A DNA stretch of 64,000 bases from Amoeboaphelidium protococcarum X5 (Eukaryota; Fungi; Aphelidiomycota): the NCBI GenBank assembly GCA_023515725.1, contig JALDTO010000213.1:124001-188000 (forward strand), in the 5' to 3' direction. The notes below the pieces were generated by a model that saw nothing but the letters and a program-made list of their open reading frames with translations, was not told where the DNA came from and made no database searches. Positions within the stretch are counted from its first letter, which is position 1; every line of letters begins with the position of its first letter. The position numbers and the translations under genes were made by a program. Positions 29,460 through 45,222 of the stretch are shown one piece after another.

Positions 29460-31896
29460 ATGAATTAAAGGCAGCATAGTAGACATAAATCACAAGTAAG
29501 TTTACTATACTTAACCACCTATAACAAAGATTGAATACCACTCAACATTGTAGGTGCCAGAGAGTGAGCTATTGCGTCAATTGAGATCTCCAAATGTGAA
29601 ACAGATTGGAAATTACACGCTTGGAAAAACAATAGGAGAAGGTGAGAGTTTGTGATAAACTTATCCGTAGAAGTAATTATCTTTTAATGTAGGGACATAT
29701 GGAAAAGTCAAGTTGGCTACACACAATCTATTAGGTATTCAAGTTGCAGTAAAGATTGTGGACAAGATTCATGCTGCGACTCTGGCCAGAGAGATTGACG
29801 CGTGGCGACAGTTGAAACATCCAAATATTGCACAACTCTATGAAGTTGTCATGACAGAGACCAAGATATACATGGTTACTGAGTATGCATCGCAGGGAGA
29901 AATATTTGATTATGTTACGAACAAAGGTCCTTTGACCGTGATCAATGATGATGGTTCACCGGGAGAAGCTAAGGTGCTGTTTCATCAACTGGTATCAGCT
30001 CTGAAGTATTGTCACGACATGAAATTTGTTCATCGAGATTTGAAGCTGGAAAATATCATGTTGGACCATCATTTTAATATAAAGTTGATCGATTTTGGCT
30101 TTACCCGCGAAGTTGATACCAAAAATAAGCTACTTGATACGTATTGTGGTAGTGTGGCCTACAGTGCACCTGAGATTCTACTGGGATAGAAGTATTCCGG
30201 TACTTTGGCAGATTGTTGGTCGTTAGGTGTAATTCTTTATACGCTGGTCTGTGGATATCTCCCTTTTGATGATGAAAATGACAATAAAGTGCAGGCAAAG
30301 ATTATGAGCTTAGAGTATGATCTGCCTTCTGCTCTAGATGCCACCTCTAAAGACTTGATCACGCGGATACTGCAATTGGATCCATCTAAGCGAGTGAGTA
30401 TTGACATGATGTTGCAACATGAGTGGTTTGATGGAATGAATTCCTCTTTGGCTATAAATGGGTCACCAATTCCAAAATTGACTCTTGAGAATAGTTTGGG
30501 CACCATGTCGGTAGATGATATGGACGTTTCGTCGAGTGATGTTAAGAATCCTGATGTGAGGTTTGTCTCGAATTTGGGAGAGATGGAAATCAAGGCTTTG
30601 TATGGCTTTCACATGGCTGGATTCTAAATACGCGATATGATGAAATCTATCCGAGTTGATTCTTGTGATTCTCTGAGTGCCATGTACTACCTGCGATTGT
30701 GTAGCGAAAGTGAATGTTAGACTGATATATCATTGGGCGATATGAAAGACAAGATCATTTCGTAAATCAAGTAAGCTGCATAGTCTGGTGCATACAATTA
30801 CTAGCCGTCCCCGACGATTTCAAGTCCCGCTCTGTCATCAACCAAAGGATCTCCTAAAGTAAAGCGCCGTGACCCAACGCGCTAAAGCAGTAATCGGAGC
30901 TTAAAGTCAACGCCTTTACAATACTCTGAATCTACACAAAGTATCACAACTGCTGCTGAAAGTCCACTGCAAAAATCAGCAAGGCCTAAATCTGCTGCAA
31001 CACCAGTTAGTTAAACTCCTCTAAGGCGCGATTTTGCCGCATCTGCTCAACTAGGAAGCGCTGCTTCAAAGAATCGGCCATACTCACCAGCCTCTTCATC
31101 GTAGTCACCAAATTCCAGCTAGTTGTTCGCCGTATTTGCATCCAACACCAGGAGAGGAAGTCTCAAATGGGCCAAGCAGGTAGATGTGGACATGGTTCCA
31201 GTTTCTGCGGATAAAAACGTCGAATAATGGGATAATTTATTACCGAGTCCATTGGCTGATCGTCGAGGATCAAAGCGACAGGCGACAATTACAGAAGATG
31301 CAGAGGAGGAGGAAGTGGACGAAGAAGATTAAGGCAACGATAAACCCGTTGTGTCACCACCACCACCACAAACTTCTCCTTAAAAAGTAAAAGAGCAGAC
31401 TGCCGCACGTAAAGAGACGCGTAGGAGTAAGTCTAAGCTCAATCTCAAGAATTTATTTCGCTCTGACCGGCCTTAGAGTATTCCAGAAACTGCATCAATT
31501 GGCTTTGATATTGATGATGTGCTCAGAAATGCCGATGATTTCACTCTGGAAGAAACTTATACTGATGAGTTTGTAACGCGGAAGGTGACCACAACCGCTC
31601 CAGAGGTGCTGATAAAGTCAAAGAAGAGCTCTAGATCCAGTTCCCTGGCAAGTATAAATGAATCCAAAAGCGAGGAGGAGCAGGAAGATGAGATTGGGAG
31701 ATCCCGTGAGAAGTTGCGCTCAGGTCTCTCGTATGAAAATGAAATAACCACAGCATCTGCTCGTTCCTCCTATAAGATTCTGGCCACGACTAGTTCTATT
31801 ACCAGCGTGGAAGAAAGACGCGATGGCCAGCAGTAAATCGTGATTAGTGCCAAATCATTCACCAAAACAACCATTGAAAATCAAGTTAAAAAGTGA
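29460..31896 (+). CDS. CAMKL (SNF1/MARK-related) Ser/Thr kinase with long disordered tail; introns ~29496-29553 and ~29643-29691
   Basis: IGNYTLGKTIGEG|TYGKVKLA, VAVKI, HRDLKLEN, DFGF, LLDTYCGSVAYSAPE, DCWSLGV. Confidence 0.92.
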
Positions 31897-32020
31897 TGAT
31901 GTAAATACAATCCTTACCATGAGTAGAAGCTGAAATTTCGATTTAAACATTTGGCGTTGAATTTTCTTAGTTTCAGCCTCACGTCGTTTCTTCATTCTCT
32001 TCAACACTATTGTGAAAATC

Positions 32021-33601
32021 ATGCGGCCTCTGTATCGATTGTCTAGCAGTCACCTGTACCATAATAAGTATAATATAAATAATGCACATCGTCAGTATGG
32101 TACCGGCAGTGTATTTGCGAGCGATTAGTCCAAATTCTACAAGTCCTATAATATTGCGCCATTCTTGCAGCACACTCCAGATGTCCTGACTCTGAATCGA
32201 TTGTCCCTTTACTCGCGCCACCTGACGCTGAACAAGATTATTGGCAGTGCAAACTATGTTAGAAAAGAGCTTTGCATCAGATTGGCTCATCGTTTGAGAG
32301 ATTTCCATCAGACTTTACCGTTCATTGTTGGGAGGAATCCGAGGATTAATCTGGTGTATGGTTTGTACTTTGAAGCGTTTGAGCAGCTGAGCACAGGATT
32401 CGATTAAATATTGAGTGTGGATGCTCGTCCTTAATGTCTGGAAAGTCATGATTAGAATCTTGGTGTTAATAAAGCCCTTTTTAAGTATAATATAAAGACG
32501 TTGGATGATAACGTATAGTTTTGTGATTTGTTGCAGCGATTGTTAAAGATGCATGAAGTGGCTATTCCGAACCTGGCAGCTGGTATCATTGAATGCGGAG
32601 CTTCGTTCAGAGCTTTATCACTGCAGGATGATCCCCAGAAATCTAAGAATACATTGTAATAGGGACCTTTCATTCAAGTGAGTTAGATGGATAGATTTGT
32701 TAACGATCTGCTAAAGACACGAATTGGTCGAAGAGTCCTGGCTGAGTAGCATATCATCCGTAGTAAAGATTATTTGAGGGAACTCAGCGGAGAGGAGTTG
32801 AGTGAAAGTGATGGCTTCGGTATTGTATAGCCTGATATATCTGCAGTGGATGTTGTTAAGTAATGTAGTTAGTTGGCGATAGAGTCGCTTTAGTAGAAAT
32901 TAGAGGACTCTGCTCATTAATCCTTTCATAAGATCCCGGAGGTGAGGATCGATGGTGATTTGGACACTAAATTCATGTACATCACTGATCATATTGAGTA
33001 TATTCTGTTTGAGCTGATCAAGAATGCTCTTTGGGCAACTCTATTCAATAAAAAGTAATAAAGTGACTATATATACGTGACTATATGTCCAGAGATTGAA
33101 TAGGATCACCAGAGAAAATAACGGGAAGCTCTGCAACAGCATTAGAGATATACAGAATATAATCCTAGCGTTAGCTCTGCTCCGAGTACTAGGCAGGTTA
33201 TATTTCGTATATCAGATCACGGTGGAGGATTTGAGTAGAAAGTGCTGCCAAACGAGTCAATCACTACCAGTTTATGGTCGTTTTGTCATCATAATTAGCT
33301 ACTGAAACACTTTGATGAAAGTCAGGTGTAAAGTATCACGAAGAAGCGATTAAATATGCCGCAAGACACGAAATTACTTGGTAAACTGTCCGATTCTCAT
33401 ACATTTTAATCTCCATCAGCAGATCAAGCAGGACACTCTGCATCGTCAAAGTCGCCGCTCAAGATTGGTCTCCAGCTTGCCCGGGCTTTCGCATAATACT
33501 GGGGAGGCGATATTAGAGTTGAATCTATGCGCTAATACGGATCTGACGTGTATGTAACTATCGACACTAGCGGGGATGTATCCGAATAGCTGACTGAATG
33601 A
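32021..33601 (+). CDS. Mitochondrial pyruvate/branched-chain alpha-ketoacid dehydrogenase kinase
   Basis: SANYVRKELCIRLAHRLRDF..LPFIVGRNP, LKTRIGRRVLAEQH, YILFELIKNA, RISDHGGG, IGLQLARAFAQYWGG, YGSDVYV. Confidence 0.9.
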
Positions 33602-33774
33602 TTTAGTTGATTTGTACCATCTTGTACTTTAATTCGTTGCAGATATAATGAGTAAATTTGTAGTAAAATATTGCGAGTTGTCTATATGTTAAGTCGTGTT
33701 TTTTCTCTTTTTTTTATTCAAGCTTTATTATTGGGCTCTTAACAATAAAATTCAATCTTGAATCAACTATAAAA

Positions 33775-34122
33775 ATGTCAGTGAGCGTGCCTATAAAGCT
33801 ATTGCATGAATGTATTGGTCATATTGTGACTGTGGAGCTGAATAGTGGTGAAATTTATCGCGGATTATTACATGATGCAGAGGATTCTATGAATATTCAA
33901 CTCGTGGCAGCTCCTCCATCAAGTCAGTCCGCGTAAACTCCTCCTAAAGAGCCGTCTATTGATGGCGTGTTGTTGACGCATAGAGATGGTAAAAAAGAGA
34001 TTATAGAACACGCATTCATTCGAGGTAGTAACGTTCGGTATATAATAGCTCCAGATATGCTGCGTGCATCTCCTATTTTCGATAACATTGGTCCTACAGG
34101 TCTCAGCAAAGGCCGTTAATGA
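33775..34122 (+). CDS. SMD3: Small nuclear ribonucleoprotein Sm D3
   Basis: [30 protein letters not shown]...AEDSMNIQL...HRDGK...[22 protein letters not shown]. Confidence 0.92.
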
Positions 34123-34778
34123 AAGTTGCTGGCTATCACTGTGTGAAGTATAAGTGTATAAATAGAGTTCTATGTTCTTTACTTTTATACAGTTTTTGTT
34201 TGCAAGATTAAGTAAGATTTTAACGTGACTTTGATGTTCGCGTTCACTTAAAGCAAAGACTAGTGCGTTAACTATATGCTTGATGCTAGGGGGATCTGTA
34301 TGATTTTTCCTCAGTGTCAGCCGCTAATGCAAATTTACTCTCATAGCGGATTGCTCGACTTGATCCTAAAGAAAGATTTCTCTTGATTGATCTCTGTTAC
34401 CCGCAGGAGCATCAAGCAGAGAAGTCGATCTTTCCTTGGTTGACTGACAACGGACGGGGCGAGCGAGCGACGACAAACGACAACACACAAACTAAAGGAG
34501 GAGCTTTTCCCTCTCGCTCGCTCTATTCACTCTCTCTCTCTCTTTCTCTGCACTGTGTTGAAGCGGATCGTTAAATTTAGCTCAGCAATTCACTCATCAC
34601 TACCCAGGCGAAGAACATCTTGCTGCGACAACAAACATCATATTGTCGCTCATTCATCTGCTATTGGTAGCTAATAATTGTCTATATTTGTCCTTGATTA
34701 TTATTAAATTTATTTACGGCTCAATCGCTGTTGGTAATTCCTGAATAATATCCACTCTTGCCGTACGTACGAAGAGTA

Positions 34779-35439
34779 ATGACTGCAAAGAATTAGTTTT
34801 TAAGAGAGTATAAACTTGTGGTAGTTGGAGGTGGTGGTAAGCTTACATTAATGTTATTGCCCATGTTGATATTCGTCATAACCGCCTTTAATTTTATCTG
34901 TAGGTGTTGGAAAGTCTGCTTTAACTATACAGTTTATTCAATCTCATTTCGTTGATGAATACGATCCAACCATCGAGGACTCTTATCGCAAACAGTGTGT
35001 GATTGACGATGAAGTGGCTCTGCTGGATGTGCTCGATACCGCCGGTTAGGAAGAGTACAGCGCCATGAGAGAGCAGTACATGCGCACCGGTGAAGGTTTC
35101 CTGTGTGTGTACAGTATAACGAGCAGAAACTCCTTTGAAGAGATCTCCACCTTCCACCAGCAGATTCTGAGAGTGAAGGATAAAGACTACTTTCCGATTA
35201 TTATTGTGGCGAACAAGTGCGATCTGGAGAATGAACGACAGGTGTCCAGTCAGGAGGGTAGAGATTTGGCAAAGAAGTTCCAGTGCAAGTTTATCGAGTC
35301 TAGTGCGAAGAGTAAGATCAATGTTGATGAGGCTTTCTTCAGTCTGGTCAGGGAAATTAGACGCTTTAATAAAGATAATTAGCAGGGGAAGGTGGCTGCG
35401 AGCAAGCCTGCAAGAAAATTTAAGTGTGTGCTGATGTGA
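34779..35439 (+). CDS. RAS1: Ras GTPase; intron 34837-34903
   Basis: [10 protein letters not shown]|[21 protein letters not shown](TAG=Q)EEY, NKCD, SAK, CAAX box CVLM*. Confidence 0.97.
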
Positions 35440-36004
35440 TTTGGAATTTTAATACACGTAAATTCACTTTTACTTTCTCTGAATAAGCGCTGTTTTGAGT
35501 TCTCTATTGTCATCATCCTTTGCCGTCTTTGTTCTATTATGATTAAGGTAACGGGTATGGCTAGTTGTGTATGTGTGTACTGTACATAAGAGCAAGTCTT
35601 TTGGAATTCACTTTTCGGCCGTGTGAGATTTCTGAAATGAGGCGCGCCTTCAGGTTTGCCTAAAAGTTTGATAAAGACGAAGCGAGAGTTTAAAGTGTGC
35701 AGTTGATTAGTGGTACTTTTACGGCGTACATTGCCAGTGTTCGATCAATGCACTATCAATTACAAGTTTGACCTCATCAAATGATTATTAAACAATTATG
35801 CAGTGAGAGCCGGATATTTCCTAATGTTTGACAACGTAAAACTGCATAAATTCCAGAGATCAGTAAAATGCTGATTGGATCTACAGTAAAGCACTCAATT
35901 GATTGATCATTCCTTCTCTTTCTCTTGATCTCGGTTTATTTATTCAGCTGATAAAAGATCAACATCAATAATCTATACTTAAATCTAGTCGCTTTTGATA
36001 TAGA

Positions 36005-36445
36005 ATGAATGCAGTAGTGAGAGCAGTTGGACGAAACGCTGTACCTAAGCCTCCGTTGAGGTCACCCATAAGTATAACTCCCTCTGCTAAATAGCGATTA
36101 CAGTCGTTGTACGAGAGATAAAATTCACAAGGCCAATCATCCACGTCACTGTAATAATAACAAGATATTGGATAGCGACATAAATACATAAAGCTCTTCC
36201 TCAGGACTAAAGGCTGCAGTGGAAATGCTTATGCTCTGGAATGGACTCCAAAGAAGGAGGCGTTCGATGAAGAGGTGCAGATTGTCAAAGAGTCGCCATT
36301 CTCTCTCCTCATTGAAGGACGCGCTCTCATGACCGTGATAGGAAGTGAAATGGATTATAAAGAAGACAAGCTGAGTGCAGGATTTGTATTTAACAATCCG
36401 AACATTAAAGAGACTTGCGGATGTGGTACCAGTTTTGTGGTATGA
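36005..36445 (+). CDS. ISA1: Iron-sulfur cluster assembly protein Isa1/IscA
   Basis: ISITPSAKQRL, TKGCSGNAY, IGSEMDYKEDKLSAGFVFNNPNIKETCGCGTSF. Confidence 0.94.
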
Positions 36446-36727
36446 AGCACGATTTTGTATGTGACATGTTGAATAAAGTACTATTTTAGAGGTTTAATAT
36501 CGTTTAGTTTCTACCATGATTAAGAGCGCTCTATTTCGACCACACTATATACCTACCACCCATTGTAGTGATTCGATTAAAGCATGTAGTTAGAGTGGAT
36601 TATATAAACTGTTGTTCTAATAGCACGCATTGAAAAAATAAAAAATAAAGGACAAAAAAGTATTGTAACTTTCTGATGACCACATTTGTATTGCTCACTC
36701 AAACTACTTACCCTAGAAACCTTTAAA

Positions 36728-39202
36728 TCACATTCTGGTTAAAGGCCTCAATCCTAGTAATCTCATACCATTTCCAAGTACAACACGCGCGGCCCAATAC
36801 GTCCAGAATCTTCCAACCAAAATCTCCTTGTCAGCAACCTTGTTCTGCGTATCCATCACGTAAACGTCATCCAAGCACGAGCTAATCTTATGGCAGATAG
36901 CGAACAGGTACACAACAAGATTACAAGGCTCATAACCGCGATAAGGAATGGCAGCGATCAACTCTGGGAACTGAGAGAGAATAAACGCCAAATCTTGCAA
37001 TTTAGGACTATCAGCTTTAGCCAATATTCCAGCGGATAAAGGAAGGGGAGGAGAATAAGTTGCCTCCAAATACTCGATCGGCGCGCCCAACACATCCTTG
37101 TGATAGTAATTAATAAAATTACGCTCAATAGAACACAATCTTGCATGAGCATACTGTAAGTACGGACCAGTGTCTCCCTCAAAGCTAGTCATTCTATCCC
37201 AATTGAAATCATAATCCTTCACTCTCTTACCGCCCATATCCTGGATGAACACCGCACTCAAACCAATGGTATCCGAAGTTTAATCAACATTCTCAATTCG
37301 GCTGAACGCAGTCTCGTTCTCCTTCATCTTGGCCAACATTACAGACTTGGACTCCTCCAGAATATCTTCCAAGAATACCACATTACCCTTCCTAGTGCTC
37401 ATACCATTGACCAGGCCAAATCCAATATGTTGACACTTTTCTGACACTTCCTGGTGCTTAGCCAATTCCAAAGTCTTAAACAACTGTCTGAAATGCAATT
37501 CCTGCTAATTGGCCACAACATAGATCATCTTGTCAAACTTATACTCGCGATGCCTGGCCAGTGCAGCGGCAATATCTCTTGTGATGTACAGAGTAGTGCC
37601 GTCAGACTTTTAGATTACAGCTGCACCCATATTGAATTTCTTCAAATCAATAATTTACGCGCCATCACTCTCCTGCAGAAGCTTGAGCGACTTCATCTCA
37701 GCCAGAACATCCTACATCTCTGTGCTGTACATACTCTCCCCAGAGTAAATGTCAAACTCGATATTAAGCCTAGCATAGATTTACTTGTACTTTTCAATCG
37801 ATAATGCACGGAAGCGACGCCATAACGCCAACGCCTTCTCATCACCATCTTCCATCTGCTTAAAGTAGGCTCTTGCTTCGTCATTCACCGATTCATCCTC
37901 CTTGGCCATCTTGGATATTTTGACGTAGATATCAAACAGGTGTCTGATAGGATCCTAATTCAGAGCATCTTCACTGCCAAATCTTTCAAATCCAACAGCT
38001 AGCAATCCATACTGCTTTCCCCAATCACCTAGATAGTTGATAGCCAGCGTCTTGGCACTGTTAGCCTTGGCAATATTCCTAACAAAGTTACCAATGATGG
38101 TTGATCTTAAATGACCAGCATGGAACGGCTTGGCAATATTAGGGCTACTGAACTCCACCACAACAGTCTACCCTTCCATTGAAGGAGTCTGTCCAAATTG
38201 CTCCTTCTTCGTATGCACAGCATTGATCAACTAATTCAGCAGATTCTTCTTGTCTAATTTGATAGACAAAAACGGTCCATCACTAGATAAACTGCTAACA
38301 TATCCATCATCGACTTTAAAGTTGGCGGCGACATCTGCAGCAATCTTGGTAGGATTCCCTTTAATTCTCAGCTTTGGAATAGGAACACTAAAGTCTGCGA
38401 CAGCCGCATTTCCACCTTTGGCAACTTCAAGAGACTGAGCAGCAAACTTGGCATCAATTCCCAACTACTACTACAGTTGTACACCAAGCGCATATCTAAA
38501 AACTGATAAAGGGTCATAATCGGCAGATTACACGTGCGAGATATCAAATTGAATATCCTTGGGTAGCGACGCTTCTTACTAAGTAGATTGATCAGTCCTT
38601 TGTGGTTTCTCAGCCTTCTTCTTGGACTTTCCATCGGCAGCCGCAGCAGGTGCAGTGACTTGTTAAGCAGAGCATAAATGGGTGATTATTTTCACAGCAT
38701 CAACAAATTGTGGACGTGCATCAACAGACTAGAACCAATCCTTGGAAGATCCTTGAAGCTTATCAACAACGGCAGATGACTTGACAAGACTCCATGCACT
38801 CACATCAGCAATGGTTATATTATTCTTTGCATTCAATATACCATCAGAAACCAATTGATCGACGACTGATACAAGAGTAGATTCGGTCGCGGTCGACAAC
38901 AAGTCTAAGGCACTATCAATCTAGATGGCATTCTAAACTTCATGCAAAGGATAAAGACTAGAAACGCCAGCATTAGCGCGCACAAGATACTTCATGATGG
39001 ATGATTAATTGCAGAACGCGGATGGCAGAGATCTAGACAATGGACTAAACTCCCAACACGCCAAATCACTGTTAACTTTAAACTCTATAAACGCCTTCTT
39101 CTCAGTACTAAGAATACTGAGAAGACCACTCAGAGCAGCCACAGCATAAGACGTACTTAAACCAGTCTTGGTATTGAATTAAAATATAACCTTCTCACTC
39201 AT
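36728..39202 (-). CDS. RRS1: Arginyl-tRNA synthetase with N-terminal GST-like domain
   Basis: 825-codon frame. [55 protein letters not shown], terminal RM*; ~190-aa N-terminal extension. Confidence 0.95.
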
Positions 39203-39605
39203 TCTCCTCAGCATTAATTACGATATGAAAACGATCAGTAAAGTGACCGACAAAGAATGGAACTAGGCGCGTGTTCAGATTAATCCGCAAGAAAAGAGAC
39301 GACGCGTCGAACTGCGAGAGAAATTCAACCTTAACGCGTTCTAAAATCGTTTCATGTCATTGTTTGCTCTGTGTGAAACATTTGATTATGGTCTGAAATG
39401 ATCTTAATGCTGTGATGGAGAATCTTGTGGTCGTTATGCTGACTGATTGGTTGATTTACTAGGAAGGCGTTGTCTTGGTAACAATGAGAGGACAATGTTC
39501 ACAGCGCATTGTCTTGGCCGGATCTTGTCATTTTTTACTTATAATTGCATTGAATAGTTTTAAGCTTTCAGTATCAGTTGACAAATCATCATTTATACGC
39601 ACTTA

Positions 39606-40340
39606 ATGGAATCTGTTGTTGCTAATAATCACGAGAAAAGAGCCGAGTAAACTCTGGGCGCATTCTCACTACCGGCGAGTAAATTGAAGTCTGTCGGATC
39701 TCTAAGGCGTTCTGATATCTCAAAGAACCTGAAATCTAATCCATTCCTTAAAATTGATTAGAAATTTGGTGATTCAACTGGAGATGCTGCCTAAGTAAAG
39801 AAGAGCGAAATCCCCGTCGTAGAGAAATTGGTTCGCAAAGGCACAGTAAAGAATAATCCATTTATTGTCAAAGATTAATAGTCATAAGGTTGCAAGTTGC
39901 CAACTCAATCATAGAAATCCAATTCTTAAGCTATATAAAAATCTGCCGTTGTTAAGAATGTTACAGAAAAGCGTGTTGTGGTGCATCATACTGGATCTCT
40001 GATTGATCGCTCATCGCTGTGTAAGGTGAGAGATAATCCGTTCATGAAACTTGCTCACCACGTCCGAGCGGCGATTCCACCAGTTATGAAGCAATAATCA
40101 TCATCTGTTATGAAGAAAGTTTTCCCTCCATCGCGTCCAACGTCTGCCAAATAAATGATGGCCGGAAATGGGAAATCCGCATCAGAGGCTCAGTTGAATA
40201 ATGAAGCTGTAACAGTGTAGACCGGTACCAAGTCGGAGAATATTAAAAAACCATCTGAAATATCACTAATGCGCAAGTTTATCCTAGAGTAGATGACCGT
40301 CAAAGTGAAGCAGAATATTCAAAAACTGCGCGAACCATGA
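39606..40340 (+). CDS. Hypothetical basic disordered protein with three NPF motifs
   Basis: 245-codon frame containing LKSNPFLK, VKNNPFIV and VRDNPFMK. Confidence 0.7.
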
Positions 40341-40576
40341 TTAAATGATGATACCAGATTGATAAAATAAATCTAGTAGTTGTTTTCTCTATCGCAATTG
40401 CTTCTTTAATCGCGCTCATTAGCCCCTCATGAGAGAAATCGAACGAAACGAGCGAACCTTAGAAACTTTGATCGAGCGTGCTTTGATTTTCGATTGGATT
40501 CTTTGCAGGTTTTTTCGCGCGTTGTGAAAAAATATTGTGACGTTGTTCTAATCAGCAACAATCATTTCAGCAATAA

Positions 40577-42888
<2,312 letters not shown>

Positions 42889-43049
42889 GACATTTGAAAG
42901 TTTGCAATAGAAAATTTTATTAGTTACATCTACAACAATGCATTACTTTACTCTTTCTGGTTACTTGTCTCCATTTGCGATCACGATATTGTACTGAATG
43001 CGCAATGAGAAGGATATACTGTATAAGGATGACACTAAGCATTAGAATA

Positions 43050-44762
43050 TCACCAGGTTGCACCCATTACTTGAGTGTGAACAGATTTATCATAAGGACC
43101 TTTGCGCCAACCATCATTAAGATTCTAAATCATCTAATCTATTACTTGAGATGTTATATTACGACAATTGTAAATCTGCAACCAAATCAGCTTATGATAG
43201 GTGCGGCGCAGTTCTCCCAGAGCGAAGACACTTTCAGCCGTTATAAAATTAAGTCCTTTCAGCGAAAGTGACTTTAATCTATTACATTATTGAGTAATAG
43301 CTATCAGCGGCGCGTCCGTAATCTATGAGCAATATGATAAATCTAATAACTCCAATCTTGGACAATTCTGAGCGACTGCCATTATGGACGCGTCAGTCAC
43401 CAAAGCTGCACTTTTATGTTTATTCTATCTAGTTAAATCAATCCAACGTAATTCAGACTAAGATTGTACTACAGCTATTATACCTTGATCACTAATACCA
43501 TTACAACAATTTAAATCCAAATATTGCAAATTAGTAATCGCCGATTGAGATATCCACATTAAACCATAATCTGTAATCTTTGTACCTGCCAGCCTTAATC
43601 TCTCTATATGAGGACAATACGTGGCTATCGTTCTCAATACAGAATCTCCAACCTATTTACAACCTTTCAGATTAATACATCGCAGGTACTTCATTTACAT
43701 CAGCAGTGGACACAATGAGTGCTCAGTAATTTCCGCAAGATGTGATAGATCAAGTTTAGTTATATTGCTGGTACAATTTCTTAGTGACAACTACAGCAAT
43801 CCTTAATCAGTGATCAAACTAGCTCCTCCCAGACTGATCGATATCAACTATGAGCTATTTTAGAATGGGCCACTAATTAAATCCAAAAGTAAGTCATCCA
43901 CTACAACCTCTTCATCCACTGCCTGTATCAACGGTCCAAAATCCAAGTGTCTAATCCACGAAAATAGAGCCGGATACGGCTAGGCATCTTATGACACCTT
44001 TGATTTCGACTATTACTTTTATAAATTTTTAATTTAACGTACGCGCTTGAATCTAGACTAAATCTATTGCTAAGACTATTATTGCAAAGGTGTAAAGGTC
44101 AATGCTCGCTTCTTACTTGATCCTCCTCCATGCTCAAGATCTACTCTACCAAGAGCCAACAGAAATAAATCCAATTGAGTCTGCAAATCGTCTTTTACAT
44201 TTTTATTAAAAGTCAATAGCTTCCACATCTTGGATAACCATCCGCCATTATTAGAATTACCACCGCGTTCATCAAAAGATGGTGATACTGCAGCCGTGTG
44301 AGATGACTATCTTCCATCAATGTGGGAATCCTGGGACCACAGAGACGATAAACTATTACTTCGATTTCTGCGACTCTAATTAAATCCATACTTACCACCA
44401 TCACCATTATCACCATTATCACCGCTACTATTACACAACCAGAAGGGAAGATTGAATGGATCGCGATACAGAATCGATCCAGCTACTGTGCGCCACTTCT
44501 GATTGATCTGCATAGCGATCAACAACGTTTCAGACTGACAGTTAAACAAGACAGCGTGCACAATCTCTGCGGGAATGCAATTCACATTTAAGGATAATTC
44601 TGATTTGGATTAACTTTGATCAATTTTACTGCTACTATTTTGCCCATCATAATCTTCCTGGTAAATTGAACCGCTACTACTATCCGCAGTACATTGCGCG
44701 TGTAACGTATCACCACTAAGGCTTCTCTCCCTGTTGTGGCTATAAGACAAATGTAACACCAT
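43050..44762 (-). CDS. F-box plus cysteine-containing LRR (RNI-like) protein
   Basis: F-box CIPAEIVHAVL...MQINQKWRTVAGSILYRDP; repeats such as AVAQNCPRLELLDLSYCSQITD and ITQQCNRLKSLSL. Confidence 0.85.
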
Positions 44763-45222
44763 CTCAATTTCTTTATATCACAGGTATACGGTATATGGAA
44801 ATTGCTTAAATTTACAAGCTAATTAGAAGCAATATAAACTATATTTAATGATGACAAATACAGAGGCAACCCGAGAATTCTGATGATTGTAGTGGTTGAA
44901 GTGTGAGTCAAAGCTCTTGTGATTCTAATCGACAGTGTGTGCTCCTGTGAACATGATTAGGGACAATCGCTGATCGCATGCTGAGGCGTTAACCAGGCAA
45001 CATGGTTCTATTTAGAGTAAGAGGTTATAAAGTAAAAATTATAAAGGTGAAATTGAATTAAATATAATAAAAAATCACAGCATCAAATACAGGCGTGGGA
45101 ATTTCATAAAGGGTGGGTTCACGGACGATCAGAAGAACTTTGATCCAAAAAATTTTCAAATTTTCGCTAATTTTACTACAAAGAGAAGAAGCACCCTTCC
45201 ACCAATATTAATAGCGAATAGT

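Noticed and set aside
40450-40475. Heat-shock element upstream of mtHsp70
   Set aside because: Only imperfect nGAAn units, without a clean alternating triple.
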